Source: Octopus sinensis
Taxonomy: Eukaryota
Direction: 5' to 3'
NCBI RefSeq assembly: GCF_006345805.1
Contig: NC_042997.1
Span: 106,020,001 to 106,084,000 of the forward strand
DNA: 64,000 nt
Part shown: one piece after another, positions 27,520 through 41,059 of the stretch
How positions within the stretch are numbered: the stretch's first letter is position 1
Layout: every line of letters begins with the position of its first letter
Notes under the pieces: generated by a model
What the model was told of the DNA's origin: nothing
Database searches by the model: none
What the model saw: the letters and a program-made list of their open reading frames with translations, nothing else
Translations under genes and position numbers: made by a program

Positions 27520-27790
27520 TTAGATTTATTTTGTCCATTTTTGGTTCAGACCATGACTAACCTGATGATTCCACCTGGAGATGTCTTTTAATCCATGTTT
27601 CAGAAAAACATGGCCCACTCAAGCAAAGAAATGCTGTTGGTTGAGACTTATCCAGGTGTTGGTGGTTTGTCTGGTACTTCTTGGCGGAATTTGTCTGAAC
27701 ACAGTTTCAAAGTTATGGCGTCTTTTGCTACTTAAATTTCTTTCGAGATAACGTTGAGTAAAGCAAGACCAATTCAGGTAAAAATCTTCC
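27520..27790 (-). mobile_element. CR1-like LINE 3' remnant, related to 20425-20930
   Basis: Frameshifted minus translation DKFRQEVPDKPPTPG..STNSISLLEW; tail CAGGTGGA..GTTAGTCATGGTCTGAACCA. Confidence 0.7.
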
Positions 27791-27799
27791 TGCCCCTTT

Positions 27800-28035
27800 T
27801 CTACCTTTTCTTTCGTTACTTTACTGGCGTCTTCTCTCCGGAAGAACCTGATCTCGTGCCATCTCCACTCCAGCATTTCTGTCACAATCATCAGTTCTCA
27901 CCCATATTATGTGAAGCACCACCACTACTTCAGAATCTACGTAAGACACTACTCTATCTCACTAAAACACTGACCGTCTGAAATTCTAGTTCTACAATTT
28001 TTTCCCTACCGGCGTCAACATTCAAATCTTTTATC
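27800..28035 (+). mobile_element. Jockey/CR1-group LINE 3' coding remnant
   Basis: Translates roughly FRYFTGVFSPEEPDLVPSP..SHPYYV..V*NSSSTIFFP, resembling the FYRY..G.CS.EL..LVP..SHPY..WNSLP..FP tail. Confidence 0.5.
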
Positions 28036-28252
28036 TTTAGTTTTTTCTCCTTTAATTGTATCAGTCAATACACTACGGCCATGCTTGAGTATCATCTGGA
28101 AGGGTTCAGTCGAACAAATCGACCCCAGCACTTAGAATTTTTAAGTTTGTTATTTTTTTTATCAGTCATTTTTGCCGAACGTCTAAAATATGGGAACATA
28201 AAAGAAACCAATACAAGGACGCATACATAGATATACATACAAACATACTTAC

Positions 28253-28302
<50 letters not shown>

Positions 28303-28307
<5 letters not shown>

Positions 28308-28424
28308 CGTGATCACCGTGACCGACCAGGCTATCAGATGTTGCTACACATCGCTGGTCACAATGCGCTTCGAACTGTTTTAGCCTTCAAGTGATGCCAC
28401 CCCGCTGGCTAAGCGAGCAGGCCA

Positions 28425-28426
<2 letters not shown>
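28303..28426 (-). mobile_element. Short retroposon 3' end in (TA)n, nested in a minus-strand SINE-A (28045-28700)
   Basis: GC-rich 124 bp flanked by (TA)n on both sides; minus strand ends in tandem CACGGTGAT x2. Confidence 0.55.
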
Positions 28427-28470
<44 letters not shown>

Positions 28471-28508
28471 ATGTGTGTGTATGTGTTTGTGTGTGTATGT
28501 GTGTGTGT

Positions 28509-28540
<32 letters not shown>

Positions 28541-30396
28541 ATACGACGGGCTTCTTTCAGTTTCCGTCTACCATATCCACTCACAAAGCTTTGGTCGGTC
28601 CCGGCTGTAGTAGATTACACTTGCCCAAGGTGACAAGTAATGAGACTGAACATGGAACTATGTAGTTAGGAAACAAACTTCTTACCACACTGCCACACCT
28701 GTTCAAAAATAATATCAACGACATCAGTTGTGCAGGTCTCGGAGTGGCTGCGAAGACCACAGAATTTCTTCTTCAAAACCGAACGACCGTGTGTATGTAG
28801 AGGAGTATTCAGAAGACTTCAACACAATATATGTGTCAATGACTACGAACACACTTCTTCTATGGTTACTGTCGTTGTAATGGGAAATGTGTGACTCCAT
28901 ATACATATATTATTTTTCTCTTGTGTAGCGAAGATGGAAATGAACAAATCTAAGTGAATTAGATAAAATAGACAAAACGAATAAATAAACAGATAAACAT
29001 TAATATCCTATTTAGAGATCCCAGTAAAACCTATTTGGTTTCTCATATTTTTTCATTCTCAATCTTACTAGAAAAATGAAAGAAAATAATATTTTCGCCG
29101 CCATTACAATGAAAACAAATCACATTGATTCACCTCTACCGTAATATTCTTGACTGCTGACCTAAGTGTTTCCATGAGGGGGCAAGAAATAAATTTGTTT
29201 TCATAATCATTGTGCTTTATTTCTTTTAAAATTTATTGATATAAGTTCCCAGTTTTTCTTCGCCTCTCCTACATTATTTCCAAATAGTTTCCGGTCGAAT
29301 TTACACGAAATTTCAACTGCAATAATCTATTTAGCAATAGAAACCACATAGGATTTTGAAAGAGAGTAAATGCATGTGTGTAATAAAAGTGTGTATGTGC
29401 GTGCGTGCGTGTGTGTGTGTGAGAGAGCGAGAGAGAGAGAGAGGGGGGGATAGAGAAGGAGGGAGCGAAAGAGAATGCTGAAGGCGTGAGGAGCGAGAAT
29501 ATGGATATGAGTATTTATGTGAATATGTATATAGGCGTATGTTGGTGGGTAGGCGTGTGTACGCGTATTTTCAAATGATGAACGGGGAGAGTAAGAGTAA
29601 AGCAAAGGAATAAAGAGACGAGCAATAGACAGTGGGAGTGATATGGTTGACGATGCAGTAACGGAGTAGGGAGCGAAAAGAATGTTATAAAAAGGCAGCA
29701 ACATTGATGATGATACGTGACAATGGGAGTTTCACCGAGAGAACTGCTAATGTTTCAATATCCTGGAACACAGTTGGACAAGAAGTAATCACGAGATTTT
29801 AGCGTCAGAGAAATACAATGCAACAGAGTTAGCGGTAGAAGAAATCTAGTAATTATGAAAGGTTGGTAAGCTGAGAAAAACAGAATGATAGAAGTAAACG
29901 TAAAATAAAGCCAATGAGCAATATCATTGGTTTTCATTAGCCACCTATCTGTCTTGTGTCACTTCTAAACCCAGGTCAATAAGCAGCTTCTATCTCCTTA
30001 GAGTTACGAAAGGACTTCATTTTCTGTGATGTTTGGCAAGCTCATAATCTCACCCTTTATCACTGTCTGGTCATTAACAATGAAGTCGACCAGCTCTCAT
30101 AAATCAAACGGCTTGATCTGCGGACAGACAAATCACGGCAGTATTTTCTCGTTTTAATCTCCCAAGTGGTCGCTACATCTCCACTATTTAATCACAGTTC
30201 ACTTGTTTATGTTCGTCGGCTCTTCCTCTTTCGCTCACCCACGCTCTCTCCCTCTCTCGCACTATCGCTCTCTAGTTATGTCTATACATATATGTGTATG
30301 TGTGTGCGTATGTATGTATGTATGTATGTAGTATGTATGTATGTATGTATATATATATATATATATAAGCACACACATACACACATACACTTAGAA

Positions 30397-30427
<31 letters not shown>

Positions 30428-31198
30428 CACACATACGCACACACATATACACACACATATTCACATGTACAGATCGTCTCTTCATTTTCACTTTCTTTTC
30501 CCTACTCCCCAATTTTCTCTTCTATTGCTCTCTCTCTCTCTCTCTTTCTCCATCTCTCCCTCTCCCTTTCTCTCTCGCGCGCGCAAGCGGTCTGCCTGCT
30601 TCACTGCCATACATACACTTTTCTATATATTAATACAAATGCATTGACACATTCAGCTGGCTACCGACGAACCCGCCGGCATTTTGCGGTTTAGATGAGT
30701 CGCTAGAATATTACGAAAATGATAGAGCTGGTGATATAGCTCTGATATAGTTAAGTGGTGATGATGGCCGTCGGGGGTAATAGTTATGGTGGTGGTGCTG
30801 CTACTGCTGCTGGTGCTGGTGGTAATGGTGGTGGGCGCTGGTGCTGGTGCTGGTGCTGGTGGCGATGGTGGTACAGATTGTGATTGGGTTGATTAAATTA
30901 CTGTGCTGGTAGGAGTGTTTTGATCAGTTGTTGTTATGTTGCAGTGGTGTAGTCAATGATTTCAAACATACCTAACGTAGATTGATTGTCAGCTGGCCAC
31001 ACAAGCCAGCATTTCATTTGCAACTATCAATTTTACAATTATGGCCAGTAAGCATATATATCTCTCTATATTAGCGAGAAGAATAAACGAAAGCGATATA
31101 ATAATTTTATCATATATGTATTTGAGCGTGTGTGTGTGTATGAATGCACACACACAACCGCACACACACACAAACACACACACACACACACGCACACG

Positions 31199-31240
<42 letters not shown>

Positions 31241-31499
31241 GCGATGAGTGGACAAAGGAAAGAAAGGAGTTACATATATTACTTAATAACAGTTTGACGC
31301 AACTCCATGCAGTTTCAACTTTCGGCGACTCGTAGAAGGAATCTATCTCGTCAAGCATATGTGACAGAGTTGCGTGTAAATGAGTGTGCGCATGTTATAG
31401 ACATGTTATATGCTCATATATTTTGTATAAAACTATGCATTATACATATAGCAATTTATAAAAGTGCTATACTAACACACCCACACAAATGCACACACA

Positions 31500-31991
31500 C
31501 AGGATTCACCACCACCCCCACCCCCTGCCGGAGCCTCGTGGAGCTTTGGTGTTTACGCTCAATAAATACTCACGCTCTGTCTGGGAATCGAAATCGCGAT
31601 CGTGAGACCGCGTGCCTGCTGCCCTAACCACTGGGCCTTTGCGCCTCTACGAATGTATGTGTATGTATCCAAATATTTTTATGTGCATGTTTGGCTACGC
31701 TTGTAATTGTGCACAGACAAATGCGCATACACATACATACACACACACGCACACACACGAACATACACACATGAACATAAGTACAATTACAAGCGTAGCC
31801 ATACATGCGCATAAAAATATATGGATACATACACATACATTCGTGGAGGCGTAATTGCCCAGTGGTTAGGGCAGCAGACTCGCGGTCTTAGGATCGCCGT
31901 TTCGATTCCCAAACCGGGTGTTGTGAGTGTTTATTGAGCGAAAACACCTAAAGTTCCACGAGGCTCCGGCAGGGGGTGGTGGTGAACCCTG
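31500..31991. repeat. Inverted (fold-back) duplication, ~210-bp arms, ~70-bp CA-rich spacer
   Basis: 31500-31712 is the reverse complement of 31781-31991, including non-SINE flank (GGCTACGCTTGTAATTGT / ACAATTACAAGCGTAGCC). Confidence 0.92.
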
Positions 31992-32230
31992 CTGTACTCT
32001 TTCATAACAACTTTCTCTCACTCTTTCTTCCTGTTTCTGCTGTACCTGTATTTCAAAGGGCCAGCCTTGTCACACTCAGTGTCACGCTGAATCTCCCCGA
32101 GAACTACGTTAAGGGTACACGTGTCTGTGGCGTGCTCAGCCACTTGCACGTTAATTTCACGAGCAGGCTGTTCCGTTGATCGGATCAACTGGAGCACTCG
32201 TCGTCGTAACCGACGGAGTGGCAGCAAAAC
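31844..32230 (+). mobile_element. tRNA-derived SINE, family D
   Basis: A-box TGCCCAGTGG, B-box TTTCGATTCCC, 3' end CTCGTCGTCGTAACCGACGGAG; a related 3' fragment lies at 59840-59950. Confidence 0.82.
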
Positions 32231-32569
32231 ACATACATTCTCTTTCTCTTTCTCACACAGCCATATTTCTTTGTCTTCTTTTCTAAGTGCACCTATAATC
32301 TCTCGATGTGTACGTATATCTGTGTTTGTGTGTCTATATATATATATATGCGTGGGTGCTTGAATGTGTGTATGTGCGAAACACACACACACACAGTAAT
32401 GAATGACGCACATAGAAGTGAGCTTGTAAATCAAGTCATTAAATAATGATATGTGTAATAACGTAGTCTTTTGTAGTCCAAGAAAGACGTTTCCACAATT
32501 TCATGCTGAACAACCTGCACAAATGATTTGTCTATTGTAATCAAATGTTAGCACCGAACATTAGCTCAC

Positions 32570-32752
32570 TTCTTTCATGAAATTGACATTGCCAGAACAG
32601 GTGTACGGTGTACCATGCATCAAATGTCGAGGTGATCTCAGAGCAACGTGAGACGAAGGGTTTTGCTCAAGAACACATGTCCTTCGGTCTAGATTTTAAA
32701 TCTACGATCTTCCGATCCAAGTGCAACACCGTAACCACTAGGCCTTGCACCA
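32570..32752 (-). mobile_element. SINE family C, diverged 5' part
   Basis: AGCAACGTGA..TTGCTCAAGAACAC..AACCACTAGGCC.TGCACC is the reverse of the 2803 head. Confidence 0.7.
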
Positions 32753-32911
32753 TCCCCGTAAAACAATACTGAAGCATTATATTCCTAGTAAAATATATGC
32801 AGTTGTAAGTCAAGTATATTACATGGTCCAAATGGACACTATGCAACAGATAAAAATGCTATCATACATTGCTTCTAGTTATAATCAGTGATAATAGATT
32901 TTAAAATAATA

Positions 32912-33845
32912 TTGGTTTCAAATTTTGGCATCATGCTAGCAAATTCGAGGAAAGGAATACGTCGATTACAACATCGACCCCAGGGTTCAATTGGTACTTA
33001 TTTTATCGACTCAGAAAAGGACGGTGAAATTCGAACTCAGTAAGCAAAGACAGACAAAACGACGCCAAGCATTTTCTTCGGTATGCTAACGATTTCGCCA
33101 GCTCACCACCTTGATAACACCAATAAAAAGGCGGCGAGCTGGCAGAAACATTAGCACGCCGGGCGAAATGCTCAGTGGTATTTCGACTGCCGTTACGTTC
33201 TGAGTTCAAATTCCACCAAGAACGACTTTGCCTTTTATCCTTTCGGGGTCGATTAAATAAGTACCAGTTACGCACTGGGGTCGATGTAATCGGCTTAATC
33301 CGTTTGTCTGTCCTTATTCGTCCCGTCTGTGTTTAGCCCCTTGTGGATTGTAATTCGTCTGTCTTTACGTTCTGAATTCAAATTCCGCCGAGGTCAACTT
33401 TGCCTTTCATCCTTTCGGGGTCGATAAATTAAGTAGCAGTTGCGTACTGGGGTCGATCTAATCGACAGGCACCCTCCGCCAAAATTTCGGGCCTGGTGCC
33501 TAGAGTAGAAAATAATAATAATACTTGTTTTTAAAAAATTGATATATTGATTACAAATTTTGGCACAAGGCCAGCAATGTAAGTGGAGGAGGCTTGTAAA
33601 TTACTTAGACTCAAGTACTAGTTCTTATTTTATCGATCTCGAGAGGAAGAAAGGCAAAGTCGACCTCGGTGGAATTTGAACTCAGAACTCAAGGAATCTT
33701 GTGGATTACGTAGACCCCAGTACTAGTTCTTATTTTATCGATCCCGAGAGGATGAAAAGCAAAGTCGATCTTATTGGAATTTGAACTTAAAGAAGGACGA
33801 AATGAATTTTGCCCGGTGAGCTAACGATTTTGCCAGGTCACCGCT
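32912..33845. mobile_element. Cluster of SINE family B copies: 32912-33115 (-), 33130-33510 (+, duplicated body), 33555-33845 (-, partial duplicates)
   Basis: Repeated GGCGGCGAGCTGGCAGAA head and GGGGTCGAT central domain on both strands. Confidence 0.9.
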
Positions 33846-34094
33846 TTACTAAAAAATAAAAAGCCACGTTTTGCACATTTCAGTGCAGCTTTCAGTTTGG
33901 TACTGATTGGTACATTGATCTTTGCTAATGGTTCATTTCGCATTTAGAGAAAGAAATAATGCAAACAATACATTTCACAGAATATATAACAGATTTCGAT
34001 AGTAAACGATTGCTTACCGAGATGATTATTGCTAATTTCCCATAAAACTAGAAAATTAATTTGGAAGCACAACATAATAAAAACATAAACAAAT

Positions 34095-34271
34095 GTAGGC
34101 AGAAACGCAGCTGTGTAATAAAAAATGTGTTTCCCAAAGACATAGTTCTGAGTTCAGTCTCAATGCATGGTACCTTGGGCAAGTGTATTTTGCTATAGTC
34201 TCGGGCCTATCAAAAGTCTTGTGAGTGGATTTGGTAGACGGAAACTGGAAGAAGTGTGTGTGTTTGTGGGT

Positions 34272-34303
<32 letters not shown>

Positions 34304-34304
34304 T

Positions 34305-34337
<33 letters not shown>

Positions 34338-34558
34338 GCGTGTGAGTGTGTGCGTGCGTTTGTGTGTGTGTGTTGCAAAAAGCTTGCTTCCAAACCACAT
34401 AGTTCTTGGTTTAGTCGCACTGCGAGTGTTCTTTTGGAAACTGTCTTTTGGCGGGCCTCGGGCCTACCAAATTTGGTAGACGGAAACTGGATGGAGTCTG
34501 TCATTCATACGTGTGTCTGTCAGTCTGTCTGTCTATCTGTGTGTGTGTGAGAGAGGGG

Positions 34559-34594
<36 letters not shown>

Positions 34595-34790
34595 TTTGGT
34601 CTTTGTGTCTGTGTTTGTCTTTTGCCATGGTTTAACAACCAGTGCTGGTTTGTTTATGCTCCTTTAACATATCGGTTCGGCAAAGAGACCAATAGAATAA
34701 GTACCAGACTTAAAATGAGTAAGTGCTGGATTCGATTCATTTGACTAAATATTCAAGGCAACATGGTCACAGTATAATGCTTGAAATGAA
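34095..34790 (+). mobile_element. SINE family A with duplicated head and (TG)n expansions
   Basis: ATTTGGTAGACGGAAACTG occurs twice; diverged tail. Confidence 0.8.
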
Positions 34791-34799
34791 AAAAAAAAC

Positions 34800-35198
34800 G
34801 GTACCTGGTGGGGGCCATGATTACCCTGTACGCAGATAAATTGTTTCACAAATTATAGCATGGTTTACAATGTGTTGTTAACTTTTTATAGGTATTTATA
34901 CTCCGGTGAAACTAGGAAATCAACTCGTAAATAAACGAAACCCTCAAATCCATCACTGTACACACACACACACACGAACGCATGCACATACACGCGCGCA
35001 TATCTGTGTATGCATTTATGTATGTTTGGAGATAATCAAACCAAATTTTCAGCATTTCGAGCCACTCACTCAATGAGTATTTCCGCCAAATTTGGTGAAA
35101 ATCCGTTCAGCCGTTTTCCAGTAATTTTGCAAACACACAGACAAACATACAAAGACGAGTGATTATAATATTCTGCTTTCGCTTACGTGCGGAGGGTA
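34800..35198 (-). mobile_element. Possible second Helentron-associated element
   Basis: AAATTTGGTGAAAATCCGTTCAGCCGTTT core, (CAAA/CAGA) microrepeat and GCGGAGGGTA end, resembling the reverse of 24510-24861. Confidence 0.5.
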
Positions 35199-36562
35199 CC
35201 AAGGAAGTAAAAGAGATAAAAAGCAACACATAATAAGAGTACGCTAGTAACACAATAAGCAATCACTAATTCTGTTGTGTCTGGGGAGAGTCATTTTCTT
35301 TTTGTGCCTCATAATGTAACAAACTCACCGTCAAAACTATTGAAAAGGTTGCAAGACGCAACGAAAATTTTCGAAAAATAAATATAAAAATAAGTGGAAA
35401 TTTTACTGGTGAGCGTGTTATATTATAAGACACAACAAGAAAATGACTCTCCCCAGATACAACAGAATATGCTTCAACACACGAACTCGTATAAAGAATC
35501 TTGCAAACCAAATCCAAAAGTGAAATACTATCACTAATTGCTTAAAGAAAATTCGAATCAATGCTCAAAAGTTTAAATCCTGCAGTGATGATAACCACTA
35601 ATAAAGCACGAATCTCCACTACTCTTCTTCACGCACCTATCTACTTTAAACTGGCAATAAACACTTAAACAATTTATATATGTTGAATATTAATCCCCAC
35701 AGGCTTATAAACGACGACAGGCGCGTGGAATTTATTATTCTAAATAAAATGTAAAAGACGAAGAAAAATAGGGAAGATCCTAGATTTGGCAATAGTTGCA
35801 GGACTTTTCCACATGGCTTGGGAGTCAGTCTCACCGTGCGGCACCATCGGAATGTGTCTTCTTCTATGGCTCTGGACCAACCAATGCATTGTGAGTAAAT
35901 ATAGTCGACACAAACTGTGGAAGAGCTCACACCAATTGTTGGTTTGCTTACATCCCCATATCTTATCGATTCGGTAAATGAGGCCGATAGAATAAATAAC
36001 AAACTTTAAAAATGACCACAGGAAAGATTTGTTCGACTAAAACCATTCAAGGCCTTTCCCCCAGTATGGCTGCCGTCCGGCGACTGAAACAAACAAATAT
36101 AATATATAAAATAATTGTAAAATAATAATGAAGATAATAATAAAAATAAAGAGCAGGAGCACACGCGAGGACGGAAAGTATCATTGGAAAGGTCAGATAT
36201 GTGATGGAAGATTTCCGGACAATGGACATTAGTTAAAATAAGAACAGTAATAAATGAGTGAAGCAAACACAATACATGAGCATTCTGAAACGCGGCAATG
36301 AAGATATAGCTTCATTTAAATTGAACCCATCGCGCGACAGATAAACCACGTTAACAGTTGTGAATCGGTCGTTTCTCAAAGGTTTTAATATCATTTGAGG
36401 GGTATTTGAATGTTATTGCAAACAAGGATCCTCATGTTGACGCAGAAAATTGAAAAATTTTTCAACTGTATAGTCATAATATAAAAATGTGTGTGTAAAT
36501 GCCTTTATGCTTTTGGGTATGGGTATATAGGCTTAGAAATATAAACGTGAATGATACAGGCC

Positions 36563-36564
<2 letters not shown>

Positions 36565-36600
<36 letters not shown>

Positions 36601-36807
36601 CGCGCGCGTGTGCATGTTTATGTATGTTTGTATGTTTATGTGCAAAATCATAAATATGTATACATATATATATATACACACATTTATGTACTCATATATA
36701 CACTCGCACAGTTTAGTGTGTATAAACATACAGACACACATATACATACACACACACACATACATATACATACAGATACATATATATATATGTATACAAA
36801 GATACAG

Positions 36808-36872
<65 letters not shown>

Positions 36873-36935
36873 TGTACGTATGTATGTATACATGTATGCA
36901 TGTAAATTTGCATATTTGTATGTATGTGTGTAACA
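36565..36935. repeat. Compound microsatellite including a (TG)n-(CG)n alternating purine-pyrimidine tract
   Basis: Direct reading. Confidence 0.95.
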
Positions 36936-37838
36936 TTTGTATACATTCCTGTAAATATATTATGCGTGTATATAAATATACATATGTATATGTATACGTG
37001 TGTGGTGACGACTGCATGCGCGTGTGGGGTCGTTTTCAACTCAGTGCAGGTTAACTTGGTGCAGACAGAACAATTAACCAATGAAAGTGGAGACGTCTAT
37101 ACGGGAATTAGAGCGTTAGGCCTACAAGCAGCGAAGAATATTGACAGTAAACGTTCTACAACAACAACATCGACGACGACGAACTTGATGATGATAATAA
37201 TGATGATGATGATGATGTCCAGGATCATAGTCGTGACAACAACGACAAGAAAGACGACAAGAAGGAGAACCAGATCGTGCTTAGGGAAAAGAAAGACGTT
37301 ATTGGCGACGACAGACGTTTTTCGCCGCCATTTTTGCATTTTGTTTCAAATTATGTTCATACGCACGCAGACATATATTCACTCACGCACACACTCACAT
37401 ACACACACACACGCACACACACACAATACATGCATACACACATGCGCGCACAAATACGAACACATACATACATCTCCACACAGACCCAGCAATTTTCTCC
37501 AACCAAATCTCAGTATGCCAATGATTAACCTCGTTAGGTATCCAACAGAGAAGTATTCGTCCGTGTTATTTTATTTATACACCCTTTCTTGCACCCTTTC
37601 TTGCTAAGCAGTCCTACCCGCCATATTTTTGTTTGAATATTAATTGTTTTTATATGATGTCTTTTTTTCCATAGCCATTTCTCCTTTCTTATATTTCAGT
37701 CACTCTTTCCTTCTCTCTCTCTTTGTCACCCTCTCTCACTCGGTATGCAAACATACATACGTTACACACACACATACGCACACACACATACATACACATA
37801 TACACAGATATATATATATATATACTTCAACATACATA

Positions 37839-38230
37839 CTATCTGAAATACCCGGCGTTGCCCAATTTGAACACTCAAGAAATCAACGGTAACATCGCAA
37901 AGCAAAATATTTACCATATAGTAAAATTTTTGGATAAACAAAAGGAAAACTACTCAGCGAGATTCCGTGCTAAATACACTACTTGGATTTTTTCTTCTTT
38001 TCCGTTTTTTTTATTTTTTCGTTTAGTTTTCTGTTTGAAAGAGCACATTACGATTATGAATCCAAAACTGATAGAAAATATTTTCAAATGGAATGTTTTG
38101 AACTACTTTTCTCTGTCAAAGTCTAAAACCCCAAATCCAACTATAACCCTAAATTGTAAACCATAAATTCTGAACCCTAAACTTTAACTCTGCCCTAAAA
38201 TACTAATCCGTAATCCCTGTCCTGAGACCT
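37839..38230 (-). mobile_element. Possible diverged Helitron 3' end with degenerate AACCCTAA repeats
   Basis: TACCCGGCGTTGCCC matches the Helitron hairpin at 5566; CTAT instead of CTAG; far boundary unclear. Confidence 0.35.
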
Positions 38231-39053
38231 TTTTTTTTTTAGAATTAATATCTCCCGTGTTTAAAAAAGAATTCTGAACGGAAGATACGAGAAAATAATT
38301 CAGGAATAGAAATAATTTGCCCAGCTGCATCTGCCCCCACGGAAAGTGAGGGTGAAAAACATAAATGGAATTTTGTAAAATGCTTTTATTTGCAAAGTAT
38401 TCTTAGCTCTGATGCTTAAAACCCCTTAAAATATATGCATATCTTCACACACACACATATACTTACCTACATACTTATATGCATGCATACGACCCACATG
38501 CACACAGAAGTATACCCGCGTCACGTAATTTTATGCCCCTGAATATATCGCTGTAATGTGGTATTTGTTTCCCATTGATCTCTGTTTCATCAGCTCAGCA
38601 ATGTTCCTGGGGTTATTTTTCTTTACAAAGATAAAAGCAATGCCACCACTTTTATGCACGTAAACATCAAATTTTAAACATGCATGTTGCAAATATGTAT
38701 ACTGGAAAACGTTTGTAGAGAAATATATTAAGGAATAAATAAATAAAAAATGCAGTAATAACAGAGCACAGCACGTTCTCACCGCAAACGATGTTGACTG
38801 CTTTGTAAAAGGTGGTGTTTACGACAGTAGATACTGGGATACACAGGCTACTAGCTTCTAGTTTGAAGATCAGCAGCAGCGGCAGCAACGGCAGTATCTG
38901 CTTCAGGAGTGAAGAATTTTTTCCTAATTGTTTGTCATGTGCGACGAACCACATTTTTCAGAGTTCAGTTTAATTGAACTTTTATGATCTACTCTTATGA
39001 TTTTTATGTTAGTTTCTCGATTAGAAACGTTATAAGCAAAGGAATGCTGATAA

Positions 39054-39439
39054 TCTCTCTATATATAAACGGCAGTTTGTCTGTGCGTGTTTCTGTGTGT
39101 CTGTTTTCTCGTACCCTCACCCTGACCACGGCTTTCAACCGATTCTGATGAAACTTGACACACACATAGCCCAATGTCATAATTCAAAACTAACGCAGCG
39201 AAAATTTTGAAAAGTTCCCCCAGTTCTGAAAAAAATCGATAAATTCGACATAGGGGTCGAGAATCAGAAACCCAAACCACAGACCGTCTAGGGGACGCAA
39301 CTCCACCTTTTTTAACTATCAAAAAAAAATTTACCATCATTTTTTTCCATTTTTTTGCTATTCTTTGGCTATAACTCTCTAAAAATGCTTTATAGTTATT
39401 TCCCTTACAAACCTGAGCAACGCCGGGCGATACTGCTAG
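39054..39439 (+). mobile_element. Non-autonomous Helitron (~385 bp)
   Basis: A|TCTCTCTATATATA...CCTGAGCAACGCCGGGCGATACTGCTAG|T. Confidence 0.9.
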
Positions 39440-40969
39440 TGTTTTATAAATGACAATCCGTTAGCCATATTCTTTACACTCAACTAATATGGAGAGAATG
39501 AAACAGCTCTATCCTACACTTGCTCCACAGCTTGCTCCGTCTTCTATTAATATCTCATTTAGCAATCTCTTTCAACGTGGCCCTAATTCTTCAGTTGCAG
39601 CATCTACGACTTCTTCAGTCCAGTATCATTCATCTGTGTCACAATATCTTGTTGAAGTAAACTTTCTGCTGATGGAAAACCTGTAATATGACCTCCTGGT
39701 CATATGTTTCGCTAAACACCATTCGTAGCTGAAGATTTCACTTCACCCAATCATTCGGCTTCGTTATCCATATCATCCAATGTCAAATGTTTTCCAAAAG
39801 CTCCCACTGTAGAGTTTTTCTCCAAAGCATTTGCTTTTATGTCTTATTTTAAAGTTCTTTTCAGATAATATTCCTTAAAATAGGCTACGACAACTTGATC
39901 TAAGAAGTTGTGTTCTTGGAGGTATGGTCAATTTTCATATTATCATAAAAGATCATTTTAAGTTCACTGAGTGGATTACTCTATTGTCCTAAGTGGAGGA
40001 ATGCTTCGTGAGAATATCATGCTTAGCATGGTACCTTTTTTGTAGCAGGACGGAAAGTATTTGTAAACAATCTTACAAAAGACATATGGTGGTCCAAGCC
40101 TTTTTGTTTGATAATCAAATCACGCATAGGTTGAAATTGCCATAGATATAGAAAATCTTTGAGTTTAGGGAGTGATACACGAGTAGTTGCTTTAATTTCA
40201 GATCAACAGTAGCATTCCCACTTTCAAAAAACATCGGACAACTTTTTGAAAGCATTAGAACTTGGCGCTAAATTTTCTTTACCAAAAGTAAAACTCTTAG
40301 AAAGCATACTCTTTCAGCAAAGCCCTTTTTCTAAAAAACATAGTGCAATTGTACAGATGTTTTGTCCCCTTTAGCAAATATTTTTTGTCAGATTTTTAAT
40401 ATAATCATTTGTAGCTTGTATATCAGGATTAGTAAATTTTTAAAGTCAGTTCAAGTGAAAGGATTTTTAAATTGTCCAAACTGGCCTTGGCTAACTAGAA
40501 AAGATTTTACATCAGAAATTGCACCTTCAAATTTTGGCCTTTACTTCAATGGCCACCGTGTTAACCAGAGTATTACGTTCATGAAATTCCTTCCATCTCA
40601 AAGAACATATCAGATCTTAAAAAGAAAAATATGTCTAAGCATTTCGCAAAGTAACAGCAAGTGTATCTGACTTAATTTTATTTTTCTCGTCACGCAGTTT
40701 TCTCACTCAAGTTGTTATAACTTTTAATATTTAATCTGTACCAAGCTTTTGCAAAGTTCAACGTCCTCGTAATCTCTTTGCATTTAATTTCCATTTTTTT
40801 TTTATTGACCTCACTTCCACTTGATGGTCGATTTCTAATAATCTTGAATAAGGGCAATGTTTAACGACTTATACGCTTGTAAGTAAATACAAGAAATGAG
40901 GAACACTAACCAAATTGTAAACTAGTAGAAACCAGTCAACTAGTGACTTTCTACAACGGCAAAAGTTCT

Positions 40970-41016
<47 letters not shown>

Positions 41017-41059
41017 AAACAAGTAAAAATAGAAAATGCTAAAATAATTTTATAGTGAA

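Noticed and set aside
36924-37607. 227-aa ORF
   Set aside because: Stitched through (ACA)/(GAT)/(CA) repeats; no recognisable domain or splice context.
39480-40700. Possible ancient hAT transposase on the minus strand (WLTRW..KFEGAI-like fragment)
   Set aside because: Too many stops and frameshifts to support by eye; needs tBLASTn or an HMM search.
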